A stretch of 64,000 bases of DNA from Paramecium tetraurelia (lineage: Eukaryota): positions 186,001 to 250,000 of the forward strand of contig CT868518.1 of NCBI GenBank assembly GCA_000165425.1, written 5' to 3'. The notes beneath the pieces were generated by a model. That model was not told the DNA's origin, searched no databases, and saw only the letters and a list, made by a program, of their open reading frames with translations. Positions 37,731 to 51,317 of the stretch are shown here, piece by piece. Every line of letters starts with the position of its first letter. Positions within the stretch are counted from its first letter, which is position 1. A program made the position numbers and the translations under genes.

Positions 37731-40700
37731 ATGTCGAAGTTGAAACTCATTGAAACTATTAAGCAATAAGAAAAACTAATCTAGAAATTGGAAACATAAA
37801 TCAAAAGAAGTCACAGTCATTTCTAAAGTCCTCAAGATAGCAAGCAATAAAATACTCAAAGAAGTTCAAGTCGAAGCATACACAACGCTAAGAAGCTGAA
37901 AGAAAAGGATCAAACCATTAACATCCTTACTGAAAGACTTAATAAAGCATTTGAAAATGAGAATCATGTAGTTATCATCTAAAATCTATTAGATCAAATA
38001 TAAAATTCAAAAGCAAAGAGTCATGTTTAAGTGTCTCTATAACGATTTGCAAAATGAAGTTGTTAAACTAAAAACTGAAGTGCTCCAAATGAAAACGCCA
38101 TAAAGATAATCCAAAAAATTACTTTACTATTGATTATAATATGATAAATAATTCATTAATCAAAGTACAAGTGAAAGAATACACTTCGCCAGCTAAACCT
38201 TAAAGGAGATTAATTTACCAAAGAATTAAACCATATATGGATGCCTATGGAATATCTCCTGAGTTCTTTGAAATCAAAGGAAAATCAGTTGTCTTCAAAA
38301 ATAATAATCCCAATAATATAACCCATTTAAATAAAAGTGTTGTATCAATCAGACCCAGTAAAAGGAAACAAAACCAAACAATAGCAGTAAAAAGACCACA
38401 AACAGCCTCAATACAATTATCTAATAATGTTATCTTGCCTATTTCCAATAAGTATGCTAATCTATTCAATGAAATAAAGACAACTCCTTAAAAACCATAA
38501 GTATAATAACCTTAAAAGGTTGAATAGTCTCTCATTTTGGAAGAAGCAGATGAAGCATCAGATTCAAGTTATATTAAGAAACATGAGATGATGTTGAAAG
38601 ATATAGCGGAACTAGAAAAGTAAACATATTATCATACTAGGGTTAAATAAGAAAAGATTTTAGAGTTAGAAATGTTACAAAACAAAATAGATGAAGCTAA
38701 AAATGCAGAGATCAATTCGTCTCGTTTCATCATAAAAAAGAATGTCCATAAACCTACTCTAAGGGAGAAGAAGGATAAAGCTGCTTCCTTGATTTAGGCT
38801 CATATTAAAGGTAGGATTGATTAAAAAAGATTCATAGAATGGAAAAAAAAGAAAGAAGATAAATTAAGGAAAGTTATATTTATATAAAAAATGGTGGAAA
38901 AATTTAAATGAAGCATCTAAGAATATAAAAAAAATTTCGAATAACTCATCAATAGAAATGAGTTAGGTTAATAGATGGAAATACATTCCTTATAATCACT
39001 AACTATTCATATGCTTTATATCGGATTAGGTTGCTATTTATTGAGAGAATGGGAGTAATGAAGGGTGATTTCAGATTGTATTTGAATTAGTAAAATTTTT
39101 CAAAATTACTTAATGAGGATATATCCAAACAATCAATAGAATTTGTATCTTTGATGAATATAATCATCAATAACATAATTAAACTAATCTAAATTTAAAA
39201 TAGTCGTCTAGTTTTTGATTTGTAGAAATAAAATTTAATTGATATTCCGAGATTGGTGCTGTAAGTTTACTTGAATGTGCTTCACATTTCTGCCAATTAA
39301 TATTCATTGAACATTAATTAAGCATAACCAGAATAGCCATAAATAATGTAAAAGGAGTATCTTGACTCTTCTGATCAAAAACCTATAATAATAGAAGAGG
39401 AACCTGAAAACATAAAACAAGATAAGCTGTAGGAAATCAAAGAAGATAATTAGAGCGAATAGTAAGAAATCAAAACAGATAATTAGAACCAATAAATTAT
39501 GTCTATTTAAGTAAATAAAGAAAATTAAAAAAGTGTAAATATTGAATCACTTTACTAAAATGTTGAATCATCTGAAGTAGTAATATAAAAAGAGGATGTA
39601 GATCCATCACCCTGCCCCTCATCATCATCATGGTGATCATCATCATCATAATCATAACAATAGTAATAATAAGATAATAAAATTAATAACATTGATCAAT
39701 ATGAGAATTAGAATCAGAGAGTGCTACAGGATGGAAATGATTTTGAAAGTTAAAAACTTCTAAATTCTTAAATTAATTAGAATAATTAAAGTATAGGTTA
39801 TAGAGCCCANNNNNNNNNNNNNNNNNNNNNNNNNNNNNNNNNNNNNNNNNNNNNNNNNNNNNNNNNNNNNNNNNNNNNNNNNNNNNNNNNNNNNNNNNNN
39901 NNNNAATAAATAAGTTGGTTAAAGAAGATTTGCAAATGGATGATATTAATAAGGAATAAGAAATTTAAAATACAAATTAAATCGAATTTTATGCTCTTTA
40001 AGATCCCCTAAATTCATAAATATCTAATTAATAGAACCTATAATTTCAATAATACATTTCAGATTTGAAGAATGATAACATATAAAATGATTTAAATAAG
40101 TTTGAAAAAGAGTAGATTGTTAATTAGACCAATAATAACTTTTTAGAAACAATTAAAATTGTTGAAGACACCTAAATTATCTAAAATGAATTATTGTCTT
40201 CATAAAGAACATAAAAAAATAATGACCATTAAATCGATGAATAAGATTTGATTAAGTATGAATAGGATGATAAAGAATAAAAAGTTAACAATAAAAAAGA
40301 AGATATAAATGAGGAGAAAGAATAAAATTAAGAAGAGATCATATAAATGTAATCAGGAGATGGTGATGTACAATAATAAGGAAAAACTAACAATTTATAA
40401 GAAGATTAATAGATTTTAGTTGTTATGGAAAAGCAGGAGATAAAAAGTGATACTGAGGTTGTAACAAATAAAAATGAGGAGTTTGAGTAGATGGAGAATA
40501 AAGTAGATAAACCTACAGAAGTTAAAGAAGAAGAAGAGGAATAATAATAAATAGTAATATCACAATATGGTAATGAATAGAATAGTAATGTGTAATCACA
40601 TAAGATTGAAAAGGAGCCATCTATATAGAGTTTTTAAAAAAAGGACAATGATCAAAACTTATTGCAATTACCTTCATAAATGGAATTTCATTTGCTTAAA

Positions 40701-41674
40701 AGCTGTGAGAGTAATTTCTTTGAACCTCCTAATTCAGGGAAAGAGACTGTAAAATATCTGAACTCTGGAGAACTGCTTAGTAGAACTAATTTTCTTTCTT
40801 AATTGGGATAATTAGGAAAATTTGAATTTGAGAATAATTCATTATTGGGATCAGGAGATTTGAAAAAAGACATAGAAGGTTTGCCAGAGCCTTTAAATTT
40901 AAGAAATAAAAGCAATAATCAATAAGAATTATTTTCAGAATCTCAAACATTTCCAAATAGGATGCCAAGTGATTTTAGATCTCCTTTTATTGATGATACA
41001 TTTAAATTAAGTACAACCTTTAAATTTTAATTCAGTTCTGAACTAAAGGCTTTTGAGAGTGGACAATTTATTTCCTAATAGTTTAATATAAAAGTTCAAT
41101 AGTAAGATTCTCTTGAGTACTCAATGGATGAATCATCAGACTTGCAACCTATTTACATCACAACAATGAAGGTGGATGATAATGATGTCGATGTATTTTA
41201 AATAAAGAATGTTCTAAGATTTAAGGATAAGAATAATTTATATTAATGTTATGATTTCAAGATCTCTAAAATGTAGCAACTTAATAGTGACTATATAATC
41301 TAAAATTTATTTGTGTTCATAATGAAGAATCGTATTAATTGCATAGATGGCAATTAAATAGTAAGAATTTAAAGATACTTAAAGAGGTTTAGGTTTGTTT
41401 AATCATGTGTATTAACTCTCGATAAGGAGTCAACTTTAATTTGCTTATTTAAATCATGTAAGTAATATATTAATTTAAAGTTTTTCAGATAAAGATGTGT
41501 TTTTATAGATAAGTTGAAATTGGAGAGTAAATTATTATTGAGAAAATGACAACAAAGTAAAGGAGGATACTGGAGTTGAATTTTTACTCGATTTGCCCTT
41601 AATTATTATTCCATGATAAGGGATTAGAATAAAAGGTACTTGCAACAATAGATGCTTTGGGTGCTTAGAGCTGA
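37731..41674 (+). CDS. Large low-complexity Q/E-rich protein with IQ calmodulin-binding motifs (spans the gap; apparent frameshifts)
   Basis: AASLIQAHIKGRIDQKRF and IQKWWK (the latter after removing one A at 38886-38891); coiled-coil N-terminus; TGA at 41672-41674. Could be two genes separated by the gap. Confidence 0.55.
39810..39904. other. Assembly gap (95 N)
   Basis: Run of n characters. Confidence 0.99.
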
Positions 41675-41800
41675 CTAATATTATTTATATATTCTATTAA
41701 TTTTTTGAGTTTTATTGCTTTTATTTATGTATGAAAGGGACATAAAATGTAATGTGTATTATTGCTGTCTGAATGATATAAATATATTTAATTAATAAGA

Positions 41801-44800
41801 ATGATCGTCATATTTGAATCCATATTGTTGTTGTTTTATGTAAGAATTGCAGACTGTTGTACATAATTGCCTAACAACGAATTAGTGCTTGTGAATAAAA
41901 TAAATGAAACATAAAGTATGAATGTTTAAAAGTTATTCGTAAAATAAGAACAATCTTAAATATTGTTGATAGCAAATGATAGTGACATTAATGTTCAAAA
42001 AAACATGTATATCCATTCTCATTCCAACTATTCTTTTGATGATATAATTAGCGTGAAATGTTTAAGATCTTATAAGGACTACGCTGCAACAAATCAATAT
42101 GCCTTATTGAATAAAATTAATGATAAATATCAAATACACACTAATAGTTATCAAATTGAAAACAATCAGCGTTTACCAGAATTCAACTAATATTTTGAAA
42201 TCACAGATTACATATGTCACGATCTGGAGATGATGGATAGATATACTCTGGTAGCAGATTGCTATAATGAAAGCAGCAATGTTTTCATTATTAAAAAAGA
42301 GTAAAGTGAATTATAATATTTCATCCAAAATCAGACTAGAGATTAGAGAATCAAAACAAAGATGTTTGCATTTAAGGATGACTTATTAGTTCGGGTTTTT
42401 TATTATGATGAAGATTATAAGTAATCATCAATACACTTTTTGTAAATTGGTGAAACAGTTTCAACGTCTCTGATAATTGATGAAGATTATATTAATGATA
42501 TATTAAGTGATACATAAACTGAGATTCAACTTTAGTTAGTGTAAGTGGAATTTGAATAACAAATAATCACAATTCTGAACAAAAATCAGTGGGTTATATA
42601 AATAAATGCAAAGGATTACCCTAATATTCTCATTAAGGATTATTTTTAGCTTGATTAGGAATACCCAGCAATATTCATAACATATCATGTTAAAAATTAA
42701 ATTTTTGCATTCTTGACTTAATAGGCAATATATATTTTGAGGGATGAAAGTTTGACGTCAATTAAGGAAATAGATAATAAAAATTAATCATTTTAGATTT
42801 TCTTCGCATAAAATTGCGTAATACAATATAATAACGGAGAGTTGAGCTTATTATCATTGAACTTAAAAACTTTATAGACTATTCGTATTAATGGGAACCA
42901 CAGATTAATAATAGACTAAAAATTGGATGAAATAATAGCAATTACTGAATCAGAGAGTCAGCGAATTATTGTCAGAGTTAATGAATTATTGTAGTTTAAA
43001 TCTGATACTTTGTATTAATAATTCAGATCGGCTTCTTTGGTCTAATAAATTAACATACTTGAATCTTGCACTTTAAATATAAGATACACTACAATTGAGT
43101 TGAGTTCTACATAAGCGATTCCTACTGTGATGAATCAATTCAACACAATATTGAATAGTCCAATAGAATCATATGAAGTCAATAGGTTCATCGATGGACC
43201 AAATATTACTATTTCTAACATCATTGAATTAAAGGCCAATTAAGTTTCATTTAGTATTAATTTTGAAATTTTGCAGCAGAAAACCATAAGTGGCATATTA
43301 AATGAATAAGCTGTCCAGTATGTTAAAGTGATGAAGTTGACAACCTAGTACTTGTATTTGATCTAAACTACAAATCTTTATATTCAATTTTACTATTGTG
43401 TTTAGAGCATGAATTGCTACTTTTCAAGTTAAGTGTACTTTGAATTTAATTTGTCGTCCACTCAACATGAAATGTTTTAGAATAACTATAACGTCTACAT
43501 TGTAATTAAAAATAATGAGTAGTTGGATATTTGGAAAGTGTAAGACCCTCTCATCTATCTGTGTACAATCTATCCAGATTAGGATCATTATATACTGCAA
43601 TTTCAATATATCAATTAGTTCTTGGCAGTGCTTTACTCAAACTAATTAGTAGTTCTTTATAAAGTAATGGATCAATGTTAGAAATCTCAATCATTAACTA
43701 CAGAATTCATTGAGAAGTACAATATCGAATGGTATCCTTCTTACATTTCCACTAATGAAGAATATAATGTTCTCTATGTTTAAACTAAAATGCAATTGTT
43801 GTTGATTCAAATCAAAGAAAAAGAAATATATCCCATCAATATAATTCCCCTTAGTTAAAACAGATCTGTCAGTATCTTTTCATATTCTAATATTATTTGG
43901 ATCTACTATAAAGATACAGCAGTGATAGAATCATTCATAATCAATTCCATAACCTATATAGAATGCCTGAGAACTATTTCCTTATATAATCTTATTCCTA
44001 ATAAATTCTTTCATCACTAATAATCTAAATATGTCTATTTCAAAAATACTCAAGATAGTTTAGGCACTATCTATATATATTCTATGGAAACGAGTAGTCA
44101 TAATGCCTTATTGACTACATTTTCTACCAGGTACAAAATACTTTATTCGGTGCAAAATTTATTTATCATAGCTGATATCAATAATTATTATGAAATCCCC
44201 CAAAAAATCAAGTATTCCATTTATTACCAAGATATAGAAAACCCAGATTATTTAGTTAAAGTTAACGCATCCTTAATTATATCAAGCTACGATAACAAAG
44301 AACAATTAATTTATCAAATTAATTCAACTCTAGTTAATCCCTATACAACAATTACTGTAAATCAAACCTAATTGAATCTCCTTGAGTTCCTCGATTAAGG
44401 TAGACCTATTGGCTATTGCGAGAGCAAGTATTCTTGGTATACTGGATAAGTTGTGGATATTGAATTAAATAGTAGATAGTTGAAACTGTAAAAATCAATG
44501 CATCTTTTAAACAGGGAGATATGTTCTACAGGAATTGATATCAAAGAATATGTCTCAGATTCTGTCCTCATTTTATATTAAGATAGAATTATCAAATTAA
44601 ATATGACTAACTAATTTTAGTAAATCTTTTATCTAGATTCCTCTATTACTTATACTAAGATCATATAAGCCTTGTAGGATTTCATTTTCATTACTGCTTA
44701 CAAATTAGTTCCTAGCTTTTCATACTTGTTATAAGTAGTAAAATGTGACCAGAATTTCATCTGTTCGAATCAACTAATTGAGATTTCTTCCTATAGTGAT

Positions 44801-45805
44801 CCTAGAAAAGTGAAGATCTTTTAGAATTTATTATTCTTAATTTTTGATCAATTTATAAAGGTTTACTCAATTAAAGATGATAAATTATCAATTATTTAGA
44901 GTATTGATAATTCATAAATTTATTACTTTAAAGATGTCATTTCTCCATAACAAGATTATTTTCAAATTTATTCCTAATAGGATAATAAAATCAATATTAC
45001 AACGTATTATTTCAAAGAAAACAATCTTAATTTAATAGAACATTATAAGATTGATTTATTAAGTGCCATTTAATAATCAGGCTTTAATATTGACCCTAAG
45101 ACCTAGTTTCACAGGATAATAATAAAAAATAGCAAAACTTAGTAATAATTGCTTACTGTAGAATTATTTTGCTAATCCTATTAGCATTCACATTATATCT
45201 TATAAATACAATTTATTTGCTCATTACAAAACAACTTGTACCTTTGTCCTATTAATAATTACAAGGTAGTGTAGATACTTTAAGGATATGGAACTTGGCC
45301 TACGAGTTATGTTAAAATGTATAATGATTAATATCTATTGATGATTTACTATTAATCAACAACATTTATCAATGCCCTGTATAATTTACACTTAAATTAT
45401 GTTTAACCAACTATTTCTCCTACCTTATTTTCAGGAGCTATTTAATATTAAAATATTACATAATAACTATCAGCATTCTTTACAAAAGGCAGTTAAATTT
45501 ACTTATTAACTAATTCAATCCATCAAGATGTCTTTGCTTTATATGAAATACATAACACATTTAAGTTTTGCATCTATGATCATTTGACACCTGAGAAAAT
45601 TCTGATTACTCTTAAAAATCATTTTTATTAAAAAAATGAAACTATTGAAGTTATTCAAAATAATGATGTAATTGATAATAAAACAACAAAATTAATAATT
45701 TGGTTTGTCTTTGGAATAATATTAGCATTTCTTTTGGGAATTCTTTTATTTGGTTGTTATATCAAATACAAAAAGAGATAAGCAGAAAATTAATTAATTT
45801 TATGA
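41801..45805 (+). CDS. Large type-I membrane protein (1334 aa, apparently intronless), ciliate-specific family
   Basis: Signal-like MIVIFESILLLFYVRIADC; ORFs 41963 and 44084 and the TGA at 45803-45805 all share one frame; TM LIIWFVFGIILAFLLGILLFGCYI. Confidence 0.8.
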
Positions 45806-45857
45806 TACTAAATAATTCATTTTGCATTTGAAATTTATCTAATATTACTAGAAATTA

Positions 45858-48705
45858 TCACATTTTTTTTGTTCTATTCATTCTATTCTCCTAAGTTTAA
45901 ATTTCTTTCCGTTTCCTCTTTTAATTTATCATACTTTTTCTGCCAATCATCAGCTTATTTTGTCTATATTAAACTCATAACCATACTTTCAATTAATTTA
46001 ATCTTGTATTTTCATTAGCTAATAATGCACACTTGTTCTCTAATTCAATAATTCTTCTATTCTTATCATCCAACATTGATGTTTCCAATCTACTAGTGTC
46101 TTCTTTTACAACTTCCTTCATAAATGAAACTTCTTTCTAATATTAAACTAATTCATTCTTCATTGTTTACATTTCAAAATCTTGACTTTTAATTGTTTAC
46201 ACTAATATTTATATCTCCTCAAACATTTAATTATTCCTTTACTCCAATTCCCTTTACTCTGATGTATTCCTAAATGAATTCTGTTATTGTTCCAACTAGC
46301 GAATACGTTAGACTAGTTAATCTTCCTTCTTCTAAGCCTTTATTAAATTATTTTCTAGTTGCATAATCTTAACATTCAAAGAATCTGCCAATGATTAATT
46401 TTTAGATTAATTCTACAATTCCTCCTTTTTACTCAATTATTGTAATTAATCTTCTAAATCATGTATGTATTTTTCAAATTTACTAATTTTCTAATCATAC
46501 TATTGACTTTATTGCTTTAATTGATTAATCTATTCATTTTTCTATCTCACTTCTCCCTAAAGTTAATTGATTTCATTATTCAATTTCTATTAAACCTACT
46601 CAATCTATTTCTTAGATTCTATTGATAATCTTTCATATTTTTCAACACTTAATCTTTCAGTTCTAATTTAAACTTCCTCTATCTAAGCTGATAATTACCT
46701 TCTTAAATCTTCATTCTAACTTTCCCACTTCTCACTTATCTATAAACTTATGATTATTAATTATTACTTTTTTCTCCTTCTTATAATTTTCGATCATTAT
46801 CTCCAAATCATCCGTAACCTCTTTTATTCTATTATTTGCTTCTCTTAATTATTTCTCATATCTTTATTCTAAATTCATTAATTCCTCCTTTAATTACTTA
46901 TTCTTTAATTCTATCTAACTCAAATCAGCAACCTTATCATTTAATTATAAAGAAACCCTTTGATTCTCTCTTTGCAATCTAGATTCTAACTCTTCAATTT
47001 CCCTTTAATATTTCTATTTCATCTATTGCAATTCATATTGCACCTTGTCCAATTATGAAGTTAGCTATTAATTTTCAACACTATGATCTTTTATTTCTAA
47101 TTCACTTTTTCTTTGGCATTGTTTCAACTTCTCTTCCAAATCAGCTATAAACCTATTCTACTTTTCTATTGTTGAGCTCTCATTATTCAATTAAATAATT
47201 TAATCTTCTAATGCTTTAATCTTGCTCTAAAACTTTTAAATACTTTAATTAGCCTTGCTCAACTCTTATTGTAGACTCTCCTTTTGCTTAACTGAATTCC
47301 TATACTCTATATCATATTCAGCAACCTTTAATTGTTTTGCTCTTCTATTCTAATCCGCTAATTAATCAATTTCTTTGTATAATAAGCTTTTCTCCTCCCC
47401 CATTTAAATTTAAAATTATTCCAATTCCTATCGCAATTTCTAATTCTTCTATTCCAACATTAAGATTTATTTATTCTTAATATCCAAATCCCCATGGTTC
47501 ACTGACTTATTCAATTGTTCACTCTCTAATTACTATTAAAGCTGTTTAATCCTCTCTTCCAATTCGAATATTAATTTTTATTATTGACTTGATTTGGATT
47601 ACCTGGACTGAACTGAGAGCTTATCCTCTTACTCTTATTGCAATTACTTTTTTATTTAATATAGATCCTATTATAATTACTGCTTTTATTGATTTGCCAA
47701 ATTTAATTAATTATTAAGATTTAGAATCTTACTATTCAATTCTTCAATATGTCTGCTGTTATTCGAAGTAGATTGTCTAGTATACTATTCACTTTACCTC
47801 GATTTCGTTTCTCTTTCATAAGTATTTTGCTATAATTTACTCTATACTTATGAAACCTAAGTTTGAAACATCGTGATTTGATTCAGATAATCTGTATTCA
47901 TTTAACTCAGCTATGAATTTTGATTTGAAAGCTCCTTCAATCTCTCGCTTAGTAATGTGACTTCATCCTAATGCATCTTAATTTGATCTTAAAGTGTTGA
48001 CTGTAGGATACTTAGATCCTTTATCTGTAATTAATCTGTGCTCCTTTGATTGTTTAGTGATGTAATCTAGGTTAAGAGTTATTGGTTCATTTCACTAAGC
48101 TTTTGAATCTATTTGTCTTAATCTTTATATTAAATAGAACTATCCTTCTATTAAAGGATCAATTACTACTATAATGTATTATTTATTGTATTTAATTTAT
48201 CTATCGATGCTAAGTAATCATCTATCAAAATCTCATATTGTGATTGTTTCTTTTAATAAACTTCAACTTAGCTTAACAATTTTACGTTCTCTTATTCAAC
48301 CTTCTTAAAATGAATATCATTTTCCAATTGCACACGCAATATTTAATCCTTATATTTGTTTTCCAACTATTTTTATTTCTCACAAAAATCCTATATATCC
48401 TATTGATATTATTTATTATTCAATTGCAAAACCTGAAGTTGACAATTTAATTTTACGTTCTCCTCTTGTATCATTTATAAATCAATAAGTAATTTTTCTG
48501 TAGCTAAGGCTGCATTATTAGTTATTTAATGATATTATTGAGTATTAGTTGTATTTGTGACAATCTTAATTTATTCACTTTAAGATGCCAACCTACTTGA
48601 TTTTTAAGATTGAAACTCATTTCCAGGGATTTGCAAACAAAAATTGTTAACATCTTTACCTAAATATAGTTGATCCTCCTAGGCTCGATATATTTTGCTA
48701 TGCAT
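45858..48705 (-). CDS. Long coiled-coil protein (Q/E/K-rich), unknown function
   Basis: Heptad-like Q/E/K/L-rich translation on the minus strand; ATG at 48705 and TGA at 45858-45860. Confidence 0.7.
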
Positions 48706-49081
48706 AGATTAAATGGAAATTTTATTATAAAATTAAAAATTGAAAGCTGAGAATTCATAATTGTCATGTGAGTATAAATATTGAAGCCGATATTTACTGT
48801 TCCATTCTACCTCTTCTAATGGATAAGAGTAATGGAATTTCAACAAAAATGTAAATTTGATTGAAATTTAATGATAACCAAAATTTGAAGTTATTCTATG
48901 TTAAAAGATAGATACATAATTGGTTAGAACTAAAATAATGATGGAAATGAGATTGCATCTGTTCTATTATAAAGCTAGTGCAAGAGAAGAAAAATATGGT
49001 CATTTTACTTTTCTAAGGAATGGTGAAAGTCAGAGTTGAATGATGAATATTAAAAAGAAAATTTAATCATATATATTATCC

Positions 49082-51143
49082 ATGAATCGCAGCAGTCATG
49101 TGAAAAGTGGATAGACTGCATTTAAAGTGTTGAATTTCTTCTTGAGATCAAAGAAACCAAGCTAAGTTGTGCCTGAAAGAAGACATTTCGAACATGATGA
49201 GATTAAAAAAATATTTAGAAGATGTCTTATAAGATTACGAACAATATACATTTTGAATTAAGTGACTAAAGAAATAGTCACTTATGGGACGTCTTCTAAT
49301 CTCTATGACATTTCAACCAGGGACAGGTATAATTTGATTAGGATTAATAAGACCTGCTTTACAAAAATATCTGTTTCCATTATCGAAGTCATAGGATCAA
49401 GATGATGATCAACTTGAGTTTCCAATAATACATCCAAATTCAATCTTCAGGTAAATTTGGAATGGAATCTTTTTATTGATGATGATTTATGTTGCAACAA
49501 TTTTACCATTTAGAAGTTGCTTATTGAATTAATTTTAGTTTCATTTTATCTTGACAATGAAGTTTAAGCTTGGTATATCGCAGACATTGTAACAGATGTA
49601 TTGTTTTGGCTTGATTTGATAATCAGCTTTTTATCAGGCTATTACGATGAAGAGGGGAAACTGGTGAAGAAGAGAAAGATTATATTCATGAACTATTTGA
49701 AAGGATGGTTCACAGTTGATTTAATATCATGTCTCCCTTTAAACTACGTATTGGATGGAGTGCAATCTGAAAATGGAAATATGAAATCACAGAACATCAA
49801 GCTGTTTAAATTGCTAAAACTACCACGCATGTATAGATTGTTTAAAATAATTCGATTTATTGATATGATGAAATATCTAGGAATTTCAGAGATCATGGAA
49901 TTCTTTTAATTTAATTATGGATTCTCCAGATTATTGTCACTTCTAATTTCTGTCTGTTTAGTAATTCATTTATCAGGATGTCTATGGTTTTATGTTGCAG
50001 CATTCAATGATTTTGATTCATACACATGGGTATCTAGAAATGACTTAACATCATCAGCTATCCAAACTAAATATATAGCAAGTATATACTATGCATTTAC
50101 TACTTTAACAACAGTTGGATATGGAGATATCCATTCATTCTCCTCGGCTGAGATGATCATTACAATCTTCTTAATGGTAGTTGGAGTTGGATTTTATTCT
50201 ATGATTATTGGTTTGCTTTCTAGCATCCTTTCACAGATAGATTACAAAGGCCATAAACTTCAATAGCAACAAGCAATTCTAAACGAGTTTTGTATTGAAA
50301 AGAAAATATCATTGAATTTAAGAGAAAAATTGAAGGAAACTCTTTAATATAGCTTTGATAAGAATTGTTTCACGTGGGCAGATAATAAATACATCTTTAA
50401 GGATCTTCCTATTAATCTTAGATATGATATTATTATGAACATCCATAATGGAGTATTTGGAAACATGCAACTATTTTAATTGGTGGATGACAAATAATTC
50501 TTAGTGAAGGTGGTTCCTTTGTTGAAACCTATTTTATTTTTAGAATCTGAAATTATATGGGAACAAAATAGTAATCCTGATGCGATTTACTTTATTGCTG
50601 AGGGTAGAATGAATTTCAAGGCTGACTTCATTGTTATCAAATAAACTAATCAAAAAAAATAGTTTGCTTTTAAAAGTATGATTGGAGGATCATACTTTGG
50701 AGAAATAGAAATATATCTACATACTAAGAGAGAAACAGTAGCCTAATGTGAATCACAATGTGAAATGTACTATCTGACTATAACATCATTTGAAAACGAG
50801 ATCTACGATGATTTCCCTCATATCATGAATAAAATGAGGAAGATTGCTTTAGAAAGAAGACAAAAGAATCTCGAGACAATACAACAATTATAATAATTTA
50901 TTGATGATGCGACCAAGAAATAATTAAAAAGAAGTAATGACTTATTTTCAATATAAAGCATAACCAAGGAAAAATACTGTTCTATTAAGAGAATATATTA
51001 AGCAAAGCAGTCAAAAGACTTTAGAGGATATGAAGCCAATTGATTATCAACAGGAGACTGAGAATCCTTAAATATCTACTAATAGATTGAAACTTCAAGA
51101 TCTATTCCTAATCACCTAAGAGATAGAACAATTACTAGAATGA
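49082..51143 (+). CDS. Voltage-gated K+ channel with cyclic-nucleotide-binding domain (EAG/HCN/CNG-like)
   Basis: NYLKGWFTVDLISCLP, S4 KLLKLPRMYRLFKIIR, pore TTLTTVGYGD, CNBD GGSYFGEIEI. Confidence 0.95.
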
Positions 51144-51317
51144 TATATATATTTATTCGTATCTACTTATTTTGGAATGACTATTCTAAGTAAAATGAAT
51201 GATAATAATCATTATAATTACTAGCTAATCATAGAATTATATATTGAAGTAAATAGAATTATAATCAATAAGATTTAGAATAGTTTACAAATTAATATAT
51301 TTAAGGAAATATGCTAT

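Noticed and set aside
38880..39810. Several frameshifts in the IQ protein (near 38890, 39020 and 39605-39640) as programmed frameshifting
   Set aside because: They cluster next to the assembly gap and in homopolymers, typical of low-quality read ends; the frequent +1 frameshifting known in ciliates is a Euplotes trait.
48900..49060. Possible small-GTPase remnant (FYYKASAR resembling the ETSAK motif)
   Set aside because: Too short and degenerate; no P-loop or DxxG found.
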